DNA of 40,035 nt from an uncultured Desulfobacca sp. (GTDB lineage: Bacteria; Desulfobacterota; Desulfobaccia; Desulfobaccales; Desulfobaccaceae), in NCBI GenBank assembly GCA_937958145.1, contig CALGOE010000179.1, positions 1 to 40,035 on the forward strand. Direction: 5' to 3'. A model generated the notes under the pieces. That model was given only the letters and a program-made list of their open reading frames with translations. It ran no database searches and had not been told where the DNA came from. The position numbers and the translations under genes are program-made. Below, one piece after another: positions 26,234-36,254 of this stretch (positions within the stretch are counted from its first letter, which is position 1; each line of letters begins with the position of its first letter).

Positions 26234-27391
26234 ATGATTGAGGAAAATGCAAGGAATGCCGTCGCTATCGGGGGGAACGTGGCCGCAACCACTGGCAGAC
26301 CTCTGCTGATCGTGGCCTGGCTCGTCTGGCTGCTGGGGCTTGGGGCCAGTCTTGCCGTCCTGGTCTATCTCCACGGCGAGGGCCAACCCGCGGGGAGTTG
26401 CCAAACCGCCGCTGTGGGCGCCGCTGCGTCCCGGACCGGGCCCCAGGCCCTCCCAGGCCTCCTGGCGCCGCCGGAGGTCAACGCCCTTATCCCCAGCCTC
26501 AATCACCGGGGGCAGGTGGTGGTAGCCGCAGAGGGCAACGTCGATCCATTGGCCGCCTTCCGGCCGCCGCCGGTAAAAAAGGCTGAGCCAACGGTCAACC
26601 TGGCGGCCAGCCCCGAGGACGTGGCAAAAAAGATCGCGGCCAAACAGCAGGAGATGATGGATGACGCGGCCTTCCAGAGTGCGTTAAAGAAATATGAAGC
26701 AGCTCTGGCCGGTCGCCAGGCCAAAAAGCGCCTTGAAACGGTGCCGGCCACCGGTTGGGGACCGTTAATCAATAAATATGCCCGGCAGCATGGGGTTGAC
26801 CCCCGGCTGGTCTGGGCCGTCATGCGTCATGAATCCAACTTCAACCCCAACGCTGTCTCACCCAAAGGCGCCATGGGGCTCATGCAGCTTATCCCCAGCA
26901 CCGCCGCCCTGTTGGGGGTCACCGACCCCTTCAACCCCGAGGAAAACATCAGTGGCGGCGTGCGCTACCTCAAGATGTGCCTGCAGAAATTCAATCATAA
27001 CGTCGTCTGGGCATTGGCCGCCTACAACGCCGGTCCGGACAATGTCAACAAATACCAGGGTTGTCCGCCTTTTGCCGAAACCCGGACGTATGTCCTCAAG
27101 GTCATGCGCGACTACACCGGCACGGAAATCGCTCTGCCGCTGCCACCGCAGACCACTGGCCTGGCCCGCCGTCCGGATGCCAACGCCGGGCCTCCGGTTG
27201 AGCCGACCCCGGCCCAACCCTCGGGCTTGGCCTGGAAGATCCCCAGCGCCACCTTTAAAGTGGCCAAACCTACCTGGAAGATCCCTTTGGCCGCCACCAT
27301 CCTGGCCAACCGCATGCCTGTGGAAACGCGCCAGCATCCGGAAGTAATACGCCTGTTGGCCAAACAAAGCAACCGCAAACCATTGCCATAA
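26234..27391 (+). CDS. Lytic transglycosylase (SLT domain), membrane-anchored paralogue
   Basis: N-terminal TM helix, [27 protein letters not shown]. Confidence 0.9.
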   Translation: MIEENARNAVAIGGNVAATTGRPLLIVAWLVWLLGLGASLAVLVYLHGEGQPAGSCQTAAVGAAASRTGPQALPGLLAPPEVNALIPSLNHRGQVVVAAEGNVDPLAAFRPPPVKKAEPTVNLAASPEDVAKKIAAKQQEMMDDAAFQSALKKYEAALAGRQAKKRLETVPATGWGPLINKYARQHGVDPRLVWAVMRHESNFNPNAVSPKGAMGLMQLIPSTAALLGVTDPFNPEENISGGVRYLKMCLQKFNHNVVWALAAYNAGPDNVNKYQGCPPFAETRTYVLKVMRDYTGTEIALPLPPQTTGLARRPDANAGPPVEPTPAQPSGLAWKIPSATFKVAKPTWKIPLAATILANRMPVETRQHPEVIRLLAKQSNRKPLP

Positions 27392-27435
27392 ACGGCCCCA
27401 AAGGCATATTCCCTTGCCGGCCAGCGCCGACAGGG

Positions 27436-30063
27436 TTATTGCTCCTCGGTTTCAGGCGGGGTAAAGACCGGCGGCGCCGGAACCGGTGCCGACGGCTGCG
27501 GCGGCAGGGTCCGCAGATGGACGTCCATCTGGGGATAGGGAAAGACAACACCCTTTTCCCGGAAGGTATCAAAGATGGCGCTGTGGAGCTCATGGGTGGC
27601 CGGCACCCGGTCCGCGGGGCTGCGCAGGAAAACCCAGACGGTGAAGTCCAGGGAACTGTCTCCATAGGCGCTGAAAAAAACCTGGGGCGGCGGTTCCGGC
27701 AGCACCCGATGGTTTTGCCGACAGATCTGGTCCAGGATCCTGGTAACCTGATTCACCTCCGAATCATAGGCGACGCTGATCTTTAAGGCCAGACGGTTGG
27801 GACCCCGGCCATAAAACGTCCAGTTGAGGATTTTATTGGAGAGCAGATCCGAGTTGGGGATGATCAGCACCGACCGTTCGGCAGTCTCAAAGACGGTGCT
27901 GCGGACCCGGATGGCCTTGACAGTGCCCCATTGGCCGTCAATGATTAACAGATCCCCCACTTTGATGGGCCGCTCAAACAACAGAATCAGACCGCTGAAA
28001 AAATTATTGACGATGTTCTGTAACCCAAAGCCGATGCCCACCCCCAAACCGCCGGCGATGATGGCCAGGCTGGCGAGATTAATGCCCAAAAATCCTAAAG
28101 CCACCAGGATACCCACGGTCATGAGGGCGTAGTGGACGGTATTGGCGATGGTGTGCTGGATCCCCACATCCCATTGCCGTTGCCGGAAAATACCGCTTTC
28201 CAGGACCAGGCGGCTGAAGCGGGACAGTTGCCGGGTAAACCACAGGCTGGCCCCTGCCAGCAGGATGGCCATCGGTGACAGCGTCACCGGTCCCAGGGTC
28301 GGGCCTTGCGCCAGGGCCGCCAGGATCTTTTTGATGACCCCCAGGTCCGCTCCCCAACTGAAAAAGACGCCGGCAAGGGTGATCAACACCACGGCGGTGT
28401 TCAGGGCATAGGTCAGGGAGAGATGTAGGCTGGCCAGAGTTTGTGGTTCCCATCGTTTTGTGCCAGCCAAAAAGCCCCGGGGAGAGGTAAGAGCGGCAAT
28501 GAGGTCATTGCCCACATGCTGCAGCAGCCAGCCACCGGCCAACATCAATGTGCTCAGGAAGAAGGCTCCGGCCAGATAGAGGGCCAGGTTCTGAAAGCCC
28601 AGCAGGTCGACGATAATGATCAGACTGAGACCCAGTATCACCAGGAGGCGCACAGAACGGATCAAACCGGACAACCGTCGCTGCTGTGGTGGTTCTGCCC
28701 CCAGCAGCAGGTTTTCCAGGTGCGGTTTGCGGAGCAACCAGAAAAACCAGAGGATGACGGCCAGCATATACATGAGCACGGCAAAGTCGTAGCCGGGCCC
28801 CTCCATACCTGCCAGCCGTAGACACCAGAGCAGGTAATAACCGAGCAGGGCGAAACTTAGGGTCAACAGGCCGTAGCGATAGTAAAAACGGGCGGTGGGG
28901 TCCGGCAGCCGCATGATTCCCTGATCCGGCTCGCCGGGAGCAAACATGGCCCACAAGAGATGTTTCAGCAGGCTGATGCCGGTGATCACGAACAAGCCGC
29001 CCAAAACCATCTGGGGCAGGATGCGGTCGAAAACCTGGGTCACATACAACGTCAGGCCTAGCCAGGTGATGAGGGCGAGAAGATAGTAGTTATGGGCCAG
29101 GGCATTCACCAGGGCCATGATCAGTTTCAGGGTGAAGGTCTGGGCCTTGGCTGCCAGATTTTGCCGAAATTCCCGACTGGCCCGCCGCAGCTGCCGCATA
29201 CTGTAAAGCAGCAGGATCAGGAAGATCAACAGGCCGATAAGTTGACTGCGATAGGTGGTCAGGAGACGGCTGGCCGCCCCGGATTGGATCAGTTCCTCCA
29301 GCATGGCCGCCAGCCGTTGGGGGAGGGTCAGGGCCGCCTGCATCACTTCCCGGGCCAGGGCCAGGATATCGGAGGGTTGTTGCCGCTCCAGAAGCTGCTG
29401 TCGGTACCTTTCCGCCGCGTAGGTCTCCAATTGTTGGGAGAAATCCAGCAGGAGTTCCTTTTCCTGCGTCAAGAGCTCCACATGGGCTTTGATGGTCTGT
29501 TGGATCTCCTCCAGCCGGCTGATGGCCGTTTTGGCCAACATCTGCTGTTCTCGCCACTGTTGTTCCAATGCCCGTTGGGCTGCCGTCTTGGCCGGCGGGC
29601 GGGCCGTTTTTTCCAATTCCGTCTTTTTGCTGGCCTCCGTCAGTTCGGCCAGGATTTTGCCGTATTTTTCCTGTTCCTGCTCCAGGGCCGTCAAGGCTTT
29701 CAGTCGCTGCTCCAGGTGCCGGGTATAATATTGCCGCAGTTCCTTGGCCTGCTCCACCGTGATCTTATCTAGAGACAGGGCCGTTTTGTGGGTACTTATA
29801 GCCACGGCCAGGGATTGGGATTCCTCCTGAGCTTTGGTCAAACGGCGCCGCTGCTCTTCACTCTGGGTTGTGAGCTCCTTGATCTGCTCCTGGAGAGTTT
29901 TGATGATATCAGTGGGAATGGTGCTTGGCGGCGGCGGCGGCAGGGCCGTGTTCTGGGATTTCGGAGGCGCTTGGGCTGCTGCAACTGCCGCCAGACCCAG
30001 CGTCCCGAGGAGGCTGAAAAAGAGTATCCAGAGAAATTGCTGTCCATACTTCTTGGTAAACAT
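27436..30063 (-). CDS. MscK/KefA-like mechanosensitive channel (MscS family)
   Basis: Signal peptide, long coiled-coil periplasmic domain, many TMs, GGLGVGIGFGLQNIVNNFFSGLILLFERPIKVGD, IIPNS. Start 30063 or 30093. Confidence 0.9.
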   Translation of the reverse strand: MFTKKYGQQFLWILFFSLLGTLGLAAVAAAQAPPKSQNTALPPPPPSTIPTDIIKTLQEQIKELTTQSEEQRRRLTKAQEESQSLAVAISTHKTALSLDKITVEQAKELRQYYTRHLEQRLKALTALEQEQEKYGKILAELTEASKKTELEKTARPPAKTAAQRALEQQWREQQMLAKTAISRLEEIQQTIKAHVELLTQEKELLLDFSQQLETYAAERYRQQLLERQQPSDILALAREVMQAALTLPQRLAAMLEELIQSGAASRLLTTYRSQLIGLLIFLILLLYSMRQLRRASREFRQNLAAKAQTFTLKLIMALVNALAHNYYLLALITWLGLTLYVTQVFDRILPQMVLGGLFVITGISLLKHLLWAMFAPGEPDQGIMRLPDPTARFYYRYGLLTLSFALLGYYLLWCLRLAGMEGPGYDFAVLMYMLAVILWFFWLLRKPHLENLLLGAEPPQQRRLSGLIRSVRLLVILGLSLIIIVDLLGFQNLALYLAGAFFLSTLMLAGGWLLQHVGNDLIAALTSPRGFLAGTKRWEPQTLASLHLSLTYALNTAVVLITLAGVFFSWGADLGVIKKILAALAQGPTLGPVTLSPMAILLAGASLWFTRQLSRFSRLVLESGIFRQRQWDVGIQHTIANTVHYALMTVGILVALGFLGINLASLAIIAGGLGVGIGFGLQNIVNNFFSGLILLFERPIKVGDLLIIDGQWGTVKAIRVRSTVFETAERSVLIIPNSDLLSNKILNWTFYGRGPNRLALKISVAYDSEVNQVTRILDQICRQNHRVLPEPPPQVFFSAYGDSSLDFTVWVFLRSPADRVPATHELHSAIFDTFREKGVVFPYPQMDVHLRTLPPQPSAPVPAPPVFTPPETEEQ

Positions 30064-30185
30064 GTTAGCCTTTCTGTTATGATACAGGCGCATTCTGGTC
30101 CGCTGATGCCAGCCGGAGGGGGAGCAAACAAGAATCTAACAATTTAAGGGTTACGCACGAGGATAAAAAGATTATATCATAGGGA

Positions 30186-31559
30186 ATGAGTTCACCGGCG
30201 ACAAAATCAGGGGTGGAAATGGATACTTTGGCAGAAACACTGAAAGAATTGTTGGCCCAGCAGCGTTGGGACGAGATGAAGGCCTTATTGAGCCAGAAAA
30301 ATCCCACCGACCTGGCCGAGGTCCTGCCGTCTCTGCCGACCTCTGAATATGCCCTGTTTTTCCGGCTTCTGGAAAAGACCAAGGCTGTTGAGGTCTTTGA
30401 AAATCTGGAGTTTGAGGATCAACAGAAGCTCCTGGCCGGTTTCCGGGATGAGCAGGTGCGGGAACTGGTGGAACACATGTCTCCCGACGACCGGGCCGAG
30501 CTTCTGGATGAGCTGCCGGCCCGGGTTGCCAAACGGTTGTTGAAAATGCTCAGCCCGGCTGAGCGGGAGGCCACCTCCCTCCTCCTGGGCTACAGGGAAC
30601 ATACTGCCGGCCGTATCATGACGCCGGAATATATCTCTTTCAAGACCCATCTCCGGGTCAGTGAAGCCCTGGACAAGATCCGCCGCATCGGCCTGGACAA
30701 AGAAACCGTTTACTACGGCTATGTGATCGATGAGCAGCGGCGACTGTTAGGGATGGTCTCCCTCAAGGATCTGGTCCTGGCCGCGCCCGAGGCCAGGATC
30801 GGCGACATCATGTTGCGGGAGGTGGTGGCGGCTCATACCGATGATGACCAGGAAGAGGTGGCCCGCCAGATCAGCAAATATGACCTTATCGCCATTCCAG
30901 TGGTGGACCGGGAGGACCGCCTGGTGGGCATCATCACCCACGATGATGTCATGGATATTATGGAAGAGGAGACCACCGAGGATATTTATCGTTTGGGCGC
31001 GGTGCCGGTCCAGGAACAGAGCTATTTCCGGTCCCACATGATCACGGTGGCCGCCCGCCGGGTCGGTTGGCTGCTGGTCCTCCTCCTCACCAACACCATG
31101 ACCGGCTCCATCATCATGGACCAGAATACCCTGCTGCAATCTGTGGTGGCCCTGGCCGCCTTTGTGCCGCTGCTCATTGGCAGCGGCGGCAATATCGGCT
31201 CCCAAACCTCCACCGTCATTGTCCGGGGGCTGGCCCTCAAGGAGGTGACCTTTGCCAACGCCTTCAGGGTCCTGCTCCGGGAAGTGGGCATTGGCCTGAT
31301 GCTGGGCAGCTTTTTGGGGCTGATCGTGATTTTTTGGTCCTATTGGCTGCAGGGCAGTTGGCTGGTGGCCCTGGCCGTGGGTTTGAGTCTGGTGGTCATC
31401 TCCACCATGGCCACCTTTTTCGGCGGTCTGCTGCCCCTCATTTTCGTCCGCCTGGGCATCGACCCGGCCGTCGTCTCTGCCCCCTTTATCTCCACCATGG
31501 TGGACGTGTTGGGGGTCTTCACCTATTTTCAGATCGCCCGCCTGATTCTTTCTGTCTGA
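30186..31559 (+). CDS. mgtE: Magnesium transporter MgtE
   Basis: MgtE_N domain, CBS pair (TAGRIMT...IPVVD..RLVGIIT.DD), GGNIGSQ, DPAVVSAPFISTMVDV. Alternative start 30219. Confidence 0.95.
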   Translation: MSSPATKSGVEMDTLAETLKELLAQQRWDEMKALLSQKNPTDLAEVLPSLPTSEYALFFRLLEKTKAVEVFENLEFEDQQKLLAGFRDEQVRELVEHMSPDDRAELLDELPARVAKRLLKMLSPAEREATSLLLGYREHTAGRIMTPEYISFKTHLRVSEALDKIRRIGLDKETVYYGYVIDEQRRLLGMVSLKDLVLAAPEARIGDIMLREVVAAHTDDDQEEVARQISKYDLIAIPVVDREDRLVGIITHDDVMDIMEEETTEDIYRLGAVPVQEQSYFRSHMITVAARRVGWLLVLLLTNTMTGSIIMDQNTLLQSVVALAAFVPLLIGSGGNIGSQTSTVIVRGLALKEVTFANAFRVLLREVGIGLMLGSFLGLIVIFWSYWLQGSWLVALAVGLSLVVISTMATFFGGLLPLIFVRLGIDPAVVSAPFISTMVDVLGVFTYFQIARLILSV

Positions 31560-32502
31560 GGTAGCGGGCCACCAGATCCCCTGCTTGGGCCGGCGGCGCC
31601 TGTTTCAAGAGGGGATACAGCTCCTCGCAGTCGGCATACGACAGTTCGCACATAAGGGCGCTGAGGCGCAACTCCTCATCCAAATGGGGGGTCGGCGACC
31701 CGGAGGCGGGCGCTTCATCTTTGCCCAAGAGTTTGATGTAAATCAGACTGCGGGCGGCCAGGAGTTTTTCCGTCTCGGGCGTGATGGGCCGTCGGAACAG
31801 GTAGGCAAAAGTCAATTCGTCGCCCGGTCCAAAAACCCGGGGCCGGGGGGAGCGTTGACGGGCCACCGCCCCCAGGAGAAAACGGGGCCGCACCCGGCCG
31901 TGGCCGTTCAAGGCCCGCCGCAGCTCGCCGGGCAGGGATAAATGCATGTGGCCGGTCTCCACATAGACGCTTTCATACTGGCCGGCCAGCGCCGCCAGGG
32001 CCCGGGCCCGCAAAACATCCCGCAGGCGGAAGCGGGCGGCATCGCGACGGGCAAACTCCAATACCGTTGCCACCACCAAAGGGAAGGGCGCCTGCAGGGA
32101 GACCTCATAAAACCGCAGCAAGGCAGCCGTGGCCTCCCGCTCCATCTCATAAACATCCCTGAGCTCCGGCCGGGCCAGGACCTCCGCCGGTGTCGCCTCC
32201 TGGGCAAAAAGCTCGTGAATCGCCACCAGGCGCTCCAGATAGGGTTCGATCTGCAGGACGGCCCGGCCTTGGTGCCAGAGCTCCTGCAAGATGGCCAATT
32301 GCTGTCGGCCGAACTCCGGGAATTCGGCATCCAGCTCCCAGAGATATTCCTCTATGGAGGCGTCGCCCCGGAACACCCGGGGCAGGGTAGGGGAGGGGGG
32401 TTCCTCCAGCACAATGGCCTGATGCGCGCTCATCTCGGCGTGGGCATACGGGAGGGATTCCAGGCGATGGGTTGAAAAGCCGATGGTAAAGAGCGTGTTC
32501 AC
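31519..32502 (-). CDS. Hypothetical protein coupled to bioC
   Basis: GTG 32502 overlaps the bioC TGA (GTGA) with SD GGAGG; ~327 aa with THR.E, LEEP, EPY.E.L, RD..RA and YVETGHMH segments. Confidence 0.75.
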   Translation of the reverse strand: MNTLFTIGFSTHRLESLPYAHAEMSAHQAIVLEEPPSPTLPRVFRGDASIEEYLWELDAEFPEFGRQQLAILQELWHQGRAVLQIEPYLERLVAIHELFAQEATPAEVLARPELRDVYEMEREATAALLRFYEVSLQAPFPLVVATVLEFARRDAARFRLRDVLRARALAALAGQYESVYVETGHMHLSLPGELRRALNGHGRVRPRFLLGAVARQRSPRPRVFGPGDELTFAYLFRRPITPETEKLLAARSLIYIKLLGKDEAPASGSPTPHLDEELRLSALMCELSYADCEELYPLLKQAPPAQAGDLVARYLRQKESGGRSENR

Positions 32503-33371
32503 CCTTCCTCCCCGGTCAGGGGCTTGGTGCCCGTCAGCCACATGACTTCATAAGTCACCCGAATACCACCCTCTTGGGCAAAAGTGCGATAATAATAATC
32601 CGCCATGGCTGCCAGCAGTCGTCTGGACAGGAACTGGGGGCGAGTGGAGGTGGCGCCCATGCCCCGCACCGCGCGCAGGAAGGCCGATAAATCGGGGTAG
32701 ATTTCCTGCCACACCTCCCGGCGGGGTTGGATCTCCTGAAAGCCGGCTGCCGCCAGATAGCCCTGCCAATCCTGGACGCCGGCAAAATATTGGGCCGGAA
32801 TCGCCGGCAGGCGGCTTTCCGGGTGGAGTTGACCGGCCCAAGCAAAGCTCTGGACCAGTTCCTGAAAGGTCAGCGGCCCCAAGGTGGCAAAGGCCAGGAC
32901 GCCGCCGGGAGGCAAGGCCTGATAGTAACGCCGGCAGGCCTGGGCCGGCTGGGTGAACCACTGGAAGACGGAGCTGCTGGTAATGAGATCATACCGGCCC
33001 GGCACCTCCTGCTCGCCGTCGGCCACCAGCCAGTGGATTCCTGCGGTCCCGGCCAGACGGGTCTGGGCGGTGCGGATGGCGGCCGGGGCCAGATCCAGGG
33101 CGGTTAGCTGCGCCCGGGGAAAGGCCTGGCGCAACAGTCCGGTGAGATAGCCGGTGCCACAGCCGATCTCCAGGATGCGGCCAAAGGCCTGCCCGGTGTC
33201 GGCCAGGTTCTGGACCAACTCCTGGGCCAGACGTCGCTGGACCTGCGCAAACCGGTCATAATGCCCGGCCTGGCGGCCGAAATTATGCTGCAGGCGGATT
33301 TTGTCGACCTCTAAGGCTGCGGTCGGCCCGATCCAGACCGTCGGGGCAATGCTGCCCGCTGCCAATGCCAT
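32499..33371 (-). CDS. bioC: Malonyl-ACP O-methyltransferase
   Basis: YDRFAQVQR, ILEIGCGTG, SSSVFQW, TLGPLTFQEL, VTYEV; bio operon context; SD before ATG 33371. Confidence 0.9.
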   Translation of the reverse strand: MALAAGSIAPTVWIGPTAALEVDKIRLQHNFGRQAGHYDRFAQVQRRLAQELVQNLADTGQAFGRILEIGCGTGYLTGLLRQAFPRAQLTALDLAPAAIRTAQTRLAGTAGIHWLVADGEQEVPGRYDLITSSSVFQWFTQPAQACRRYYQALPPGGVLAFATLGPLTFQELVQSFAWAGQLHPESRLPAIPAQYFAGVQDWQGYLAAAGFQEIQPRREVWQEIYPDLSAFLRAVRGMGATSTRPQFLSRRLLAAMADYYYRTFAQEGGIRVTYEVMWLTGTKPLTGEEG

Positions 33372-33425
33372 ACTTTTTTCCCTCCTCCTGTCTCCCCCGG
33401 TTGGCATCCCGAGTCCTGTGCTCTG

Positions 33426-34118
33426 TCAGCCCAGGAAGCCGGCCAGAAGTTCGTTCACTTCTTGCCAGCGGCTCACCATGGGGACATGACCGGCGTCCGC
33501 CAGAAGCACCAACTGAGACGCGGACAACTGCTCGGCCAAAAAATAACCCTGGGCCGGCGCTGCGATCCTATCCTGGCTGCCATGGATCACGACGATAGTG
33601 CCGGCTGCGACCTGGGGCAACCGGGACCGCAGGTCCGTGTGCTGCAGATAATCCAGACCTGCTGCCAGCCACAGCGGGTCCTGCCGGGGGGGCAGTAGCG
33701 CGGCCAGACGCTCCTGGGCGGCGGCTTCCCCCGGACTCAGGAGCTGCCGTTGAAACTCCTGGACTACCTGTTCCGGTTTGGTCCGCAACTGCTGGCGCAT
33801 GCCCCGGACTACCGCCGCCGGCCACCCCAATTGATAATCGGGGCGTCGGCAGAAACTGGCGCATCCGGCCATGAGTACCAATACTGCCGGCGCATATCCC
33901 CGGGCACAGACCTCCAAGGCCAGCATGGCGCCCAATGACCAGCCCACCAGGACGGTCTGATCCGGCGCCAAACCTTGCAGCCGGTGCCAGAGCCATCCGG
34001 CCTCCCAGACCGGCAGATCGGGCGTCCAACACGTGCTCAGACCTGGGGCCAGATCCCGCTGATACTCCCAGATCCGGCTGTCGGTGGCCCAACCATGGAG
34101 CAAAATCAGATGTTTCAC
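33426..34118 (-). CDS. bioH: Pimeloyl-ACP methyl ester carboxylesterase (alpha/beta hydrolase)
   Basis: LLHGW, GWSLG nucleophile, HGSQD, AGHVP; lies between bioF and bioC. Confidence 0.85.
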   Translation of the reverse strand: MKHLILLHGWATDSRIWEYQRDLAPGLSTCWTPDLPVWEAGWLWHRLQGLAPDQTVLVGWSLGAMLALEVCARGYAPAVLVLMAGCASFCRRPDYQLGWPAAVVRGMRQQLRTKPEQVVQEFQRQLLSPGEAAAQERLAALLPPRQDPLWLAAGLDYLQHTDLRSRLPQVAAGTIVVIHGSQDRIAAPAQGYFLAEQLSASQLVLLADAGHVPMVSRWQEVNELLAGFLG

Positions 34119-34232
34119 GTCGTTTTCTATGCCGCCAACATTGTTTGCTAAGGCTAGCCAGCCTGTGCCGCCGGGCAGATTCCAATAAAGCCGACCTTTA
34201 GGTCCGCTCCAGCCGCAGTATTTTCAATCATT

Positions 34233-35420
34233 TCACCTGGCACCGACGCCCAACTCTTGCCCCACCTGGACGATGGTCTGGGCCGCCTGGGCCAATTCCT
34301 CAGCCTCATGGGCCGCGGACAGGGAAAACCGCAGCCGGGCCCCCCCGGGAGGCACCGTGGGCGGTCGGATGGCCACCGCCATCAGCCCCCGCTGCCGCAG
34401 CGCGGCCGCATACGCCAGGGCCCGGGCATTATCGCCCACCAGCACCGGGATGATCTGGGATTCGCTGGTCAGGGTCGGCAAACCTCCCTCCTGCAGGCGC
34501 TGCCGGAAAAGGGACGCCTGATCAAGCAGGTAACGCCGTCTGGCCGGTTCCTGCTGGACGATCTCCAATCCCGCCCGCATCGCTCCCAACACCGGCGGCG
34601 GCAGGGCCGTGGAATAGATGAAAGACCGGGCCCTGTTGTGAAATACTTCAATGAGGGGAGCAGAGCCGGCCACATAGGCGCCAAAACTGCCCAGGGCCTT
34701 GGAGAAGGTGCCCATCTGCACCTCAATGGCCTCGCACAACCCCTGGGCTTCGGCCACCCCGGCCCCCTTGGCGCCAAAGACCCCTGTGCCGTGGGCTTCG
34801 TCGATCATCAGCCAGGCGCCGTAGCGCTCTTTCAGGGCTACCAGGTCCCGTAAGGGGGCCAGATCGCCGTCCACGGAAAAGACGCTGTCGGTGACGATCA
34901 ATCGCCGGCGGGCCTGGCGGTGTTGGCGCAGCAAGTCCTCCAGCCGGTTCAGGTCCCGATGGGGATAGCGGTAAAAGGCGGCGGCGGCCAAGCGCATGCC
35001 GTCAATGATGCTGGCATGGTTCAGTTTATCGGAGAAAATGACGTCGCCCCTGTCCACCAGGGCGGCAATCACCCCGACGTTGGCCGCATAACCGGAGTTA
35101 AACAAGACGGCTCGCGCCGTGCCTTTGAACGCGGCCACCGCCTCTTCCACTTCCTGATGCAACGCCAGGGTGCCGACAATGAGCCGGGAGGCCGTGCTGC
35201 CCACTCCCCACCGGGCTGCGGCTTCCTGGGCCGCGCCAATCAGCCGGGGCTCGGTGGCCAGTCCCAGGTAATCGTTGGCGGACAGGTTCAATAATATTTG
35301 GCCGTCAACCCTGATCTTCCCCCCGGGCAGCACCGCCTCTACGCCTTGCAGCCGCCGGCGCAGATGCCGCGCCTCCAGGTCAGCCAGTTCCTGGGTTAAG
35401 ATGGCATCAAAAGAGGACAT
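34233..35420 (-). CDS. bioF: 8-amino-7-oxononanoate synthase
   Basis: NDYLGL, SGYAAN, NHASIIDG, DEAHGTG, GTFSKALG (PLP Lys), IRPPTVP. Confidence 0.95.
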   Translation of the reverse strand: MSSFDAILTQELADLEARHLRRRLQGVEAVLPGGKIRVDGQILLNLSANDYLGLATEPRLIGAAQEAAARWGVGSTASRLIVGTLALHQEVEEAVAAFKGTARAVLFNSGYAANVGVIAALVDRGDVIFSDKLNHASIIDGMRLAAAAFYRYPHRDLNRLEDLLRQHRQARRRLIVTDSVFSVDGDLAPLRDLVALKERYGAWLMIDEAHGTGVFGAKGAGVAEAQGLCEAIEVQMGTFSKALGSFGAYVAGSAPLIEVFHNRARSFIYSTALPPPVLGAMRAGLEIVQQEPARRRYLLDQASLFRQRLQEGGLPTLTSESQIIPVLVGDNARALAYAAALRQRGLMAVAIRPPTVPPGGARLRFSLSAAHEAEELAQAAQTIVQVGQELGVGAR

Positions 35421-35499
35421 TTTTCCGGTGAGAAGACATGCTGGGCCAGTCGATTCCGGCGGCCACGGGCCGCCCTAGACGTGGCTAAGTACTGATTTC

Positions 35500-35528
35500 T
35501 TATCACTAATCCCTAATCCCTATTTCCC
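35500..35528. repeat. Short heptamer tandem repeat at the bioD stop
   Basis: TTATCAC TAATCCC TAATCCC TATTTCCC. Confidence 0.4.
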
Positions 35529-36254
35529 TCTGACCGCGGACAGGATCGGCCGCAGGGCCGCAATCAGTGCGGCTCGCCCCGATTCCCGCTCCAGGTCCGG
35601 AATAACCGGCACCTTGGCCAGAATCGGCCGGCCGCTGATGGCCTCGATCACCTCGGGGTTGGTGCGGGCCGCCAGGTTGGGTTGAGCAGGATACTGGTTC
35701 AGAAGAATCCCTATGACTGGCAGACCCGCCTGCTCCAGGGTTTTCACTGTCATTACCGTATGGTTGATGGTGCCCAACCCCGGCCGGGCCACCACCAGCA
35801 CGGGCAGGTGCAGCCACCGGGCCAGGTCCAGGACCAGAAAGGTATAGTCCACCAGGGGGACGTATAAGCCCCCGGCGCCCTCCACCACCAGAAATTCATA
35901 GCGGCTGGCCAGGTCCCGGTACGCCCGGGCTATGACCTCCAGATCCACGCTGACCCCTGCCTGGGCTGCGGCTACTGCCGGGGCCAAAGGCAGCCGGAGA
36001 GTCACCGGCGTCAACCGGTCCAACGGCTCGTCCAACCCCGCCATGGTCTGGGCCAGACGGGCGTCAGTGGCCACCAGGCGGCCGTTTTCCTCGGGGCAGC
36101 CGCTCTGCACCGCCTTGAAATAGGCGGCGTTGACCCCCTCCTGCCGCAGGGCCGCAGTCAAACCCGCGGCGATGACCGTCTTGCCCACATCCGTATCCGT
36201 GCCGGTAACAAAGATACCTGATACCACTGGCATGTTCGGGAGGTTTTGGCTCAT
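35520..36254 (-). CDS. bioD: Dethiobiotin synthase
   Basis: FVTGTDTDVGKT, K.VQSG, VEGAGG..VP, LGTINHT. Confidence 0.95.
   Translation of the reverse strand: MSQNLPNMPVVSGIFVTGTDTDVGKTVIAAGLTAALRQEGVNAAYFKAVQSGCPEENGRLVATDARLAQTMAGLDEPLDRLTPVTLRLPLAPAVAAAQAGVSVDLEVIARAYRDLASRYEFLVVEGAGGLYVPLVDYTFLVLDLARWLHLPVLVVARPGLGTINHTVMTVKTLEQAGLPVIGILLNQYPAQPNLAARTNPEVIEAISGRPILAKVPVIPDLERESGRAALIAALRPILSAVRGK

Noticed and set aside
31519-32502. orfX as BioU or BioA substitute by homology
   Set aside because: No NAD-binding GxGxxG or PLP-lysine motif is visible.
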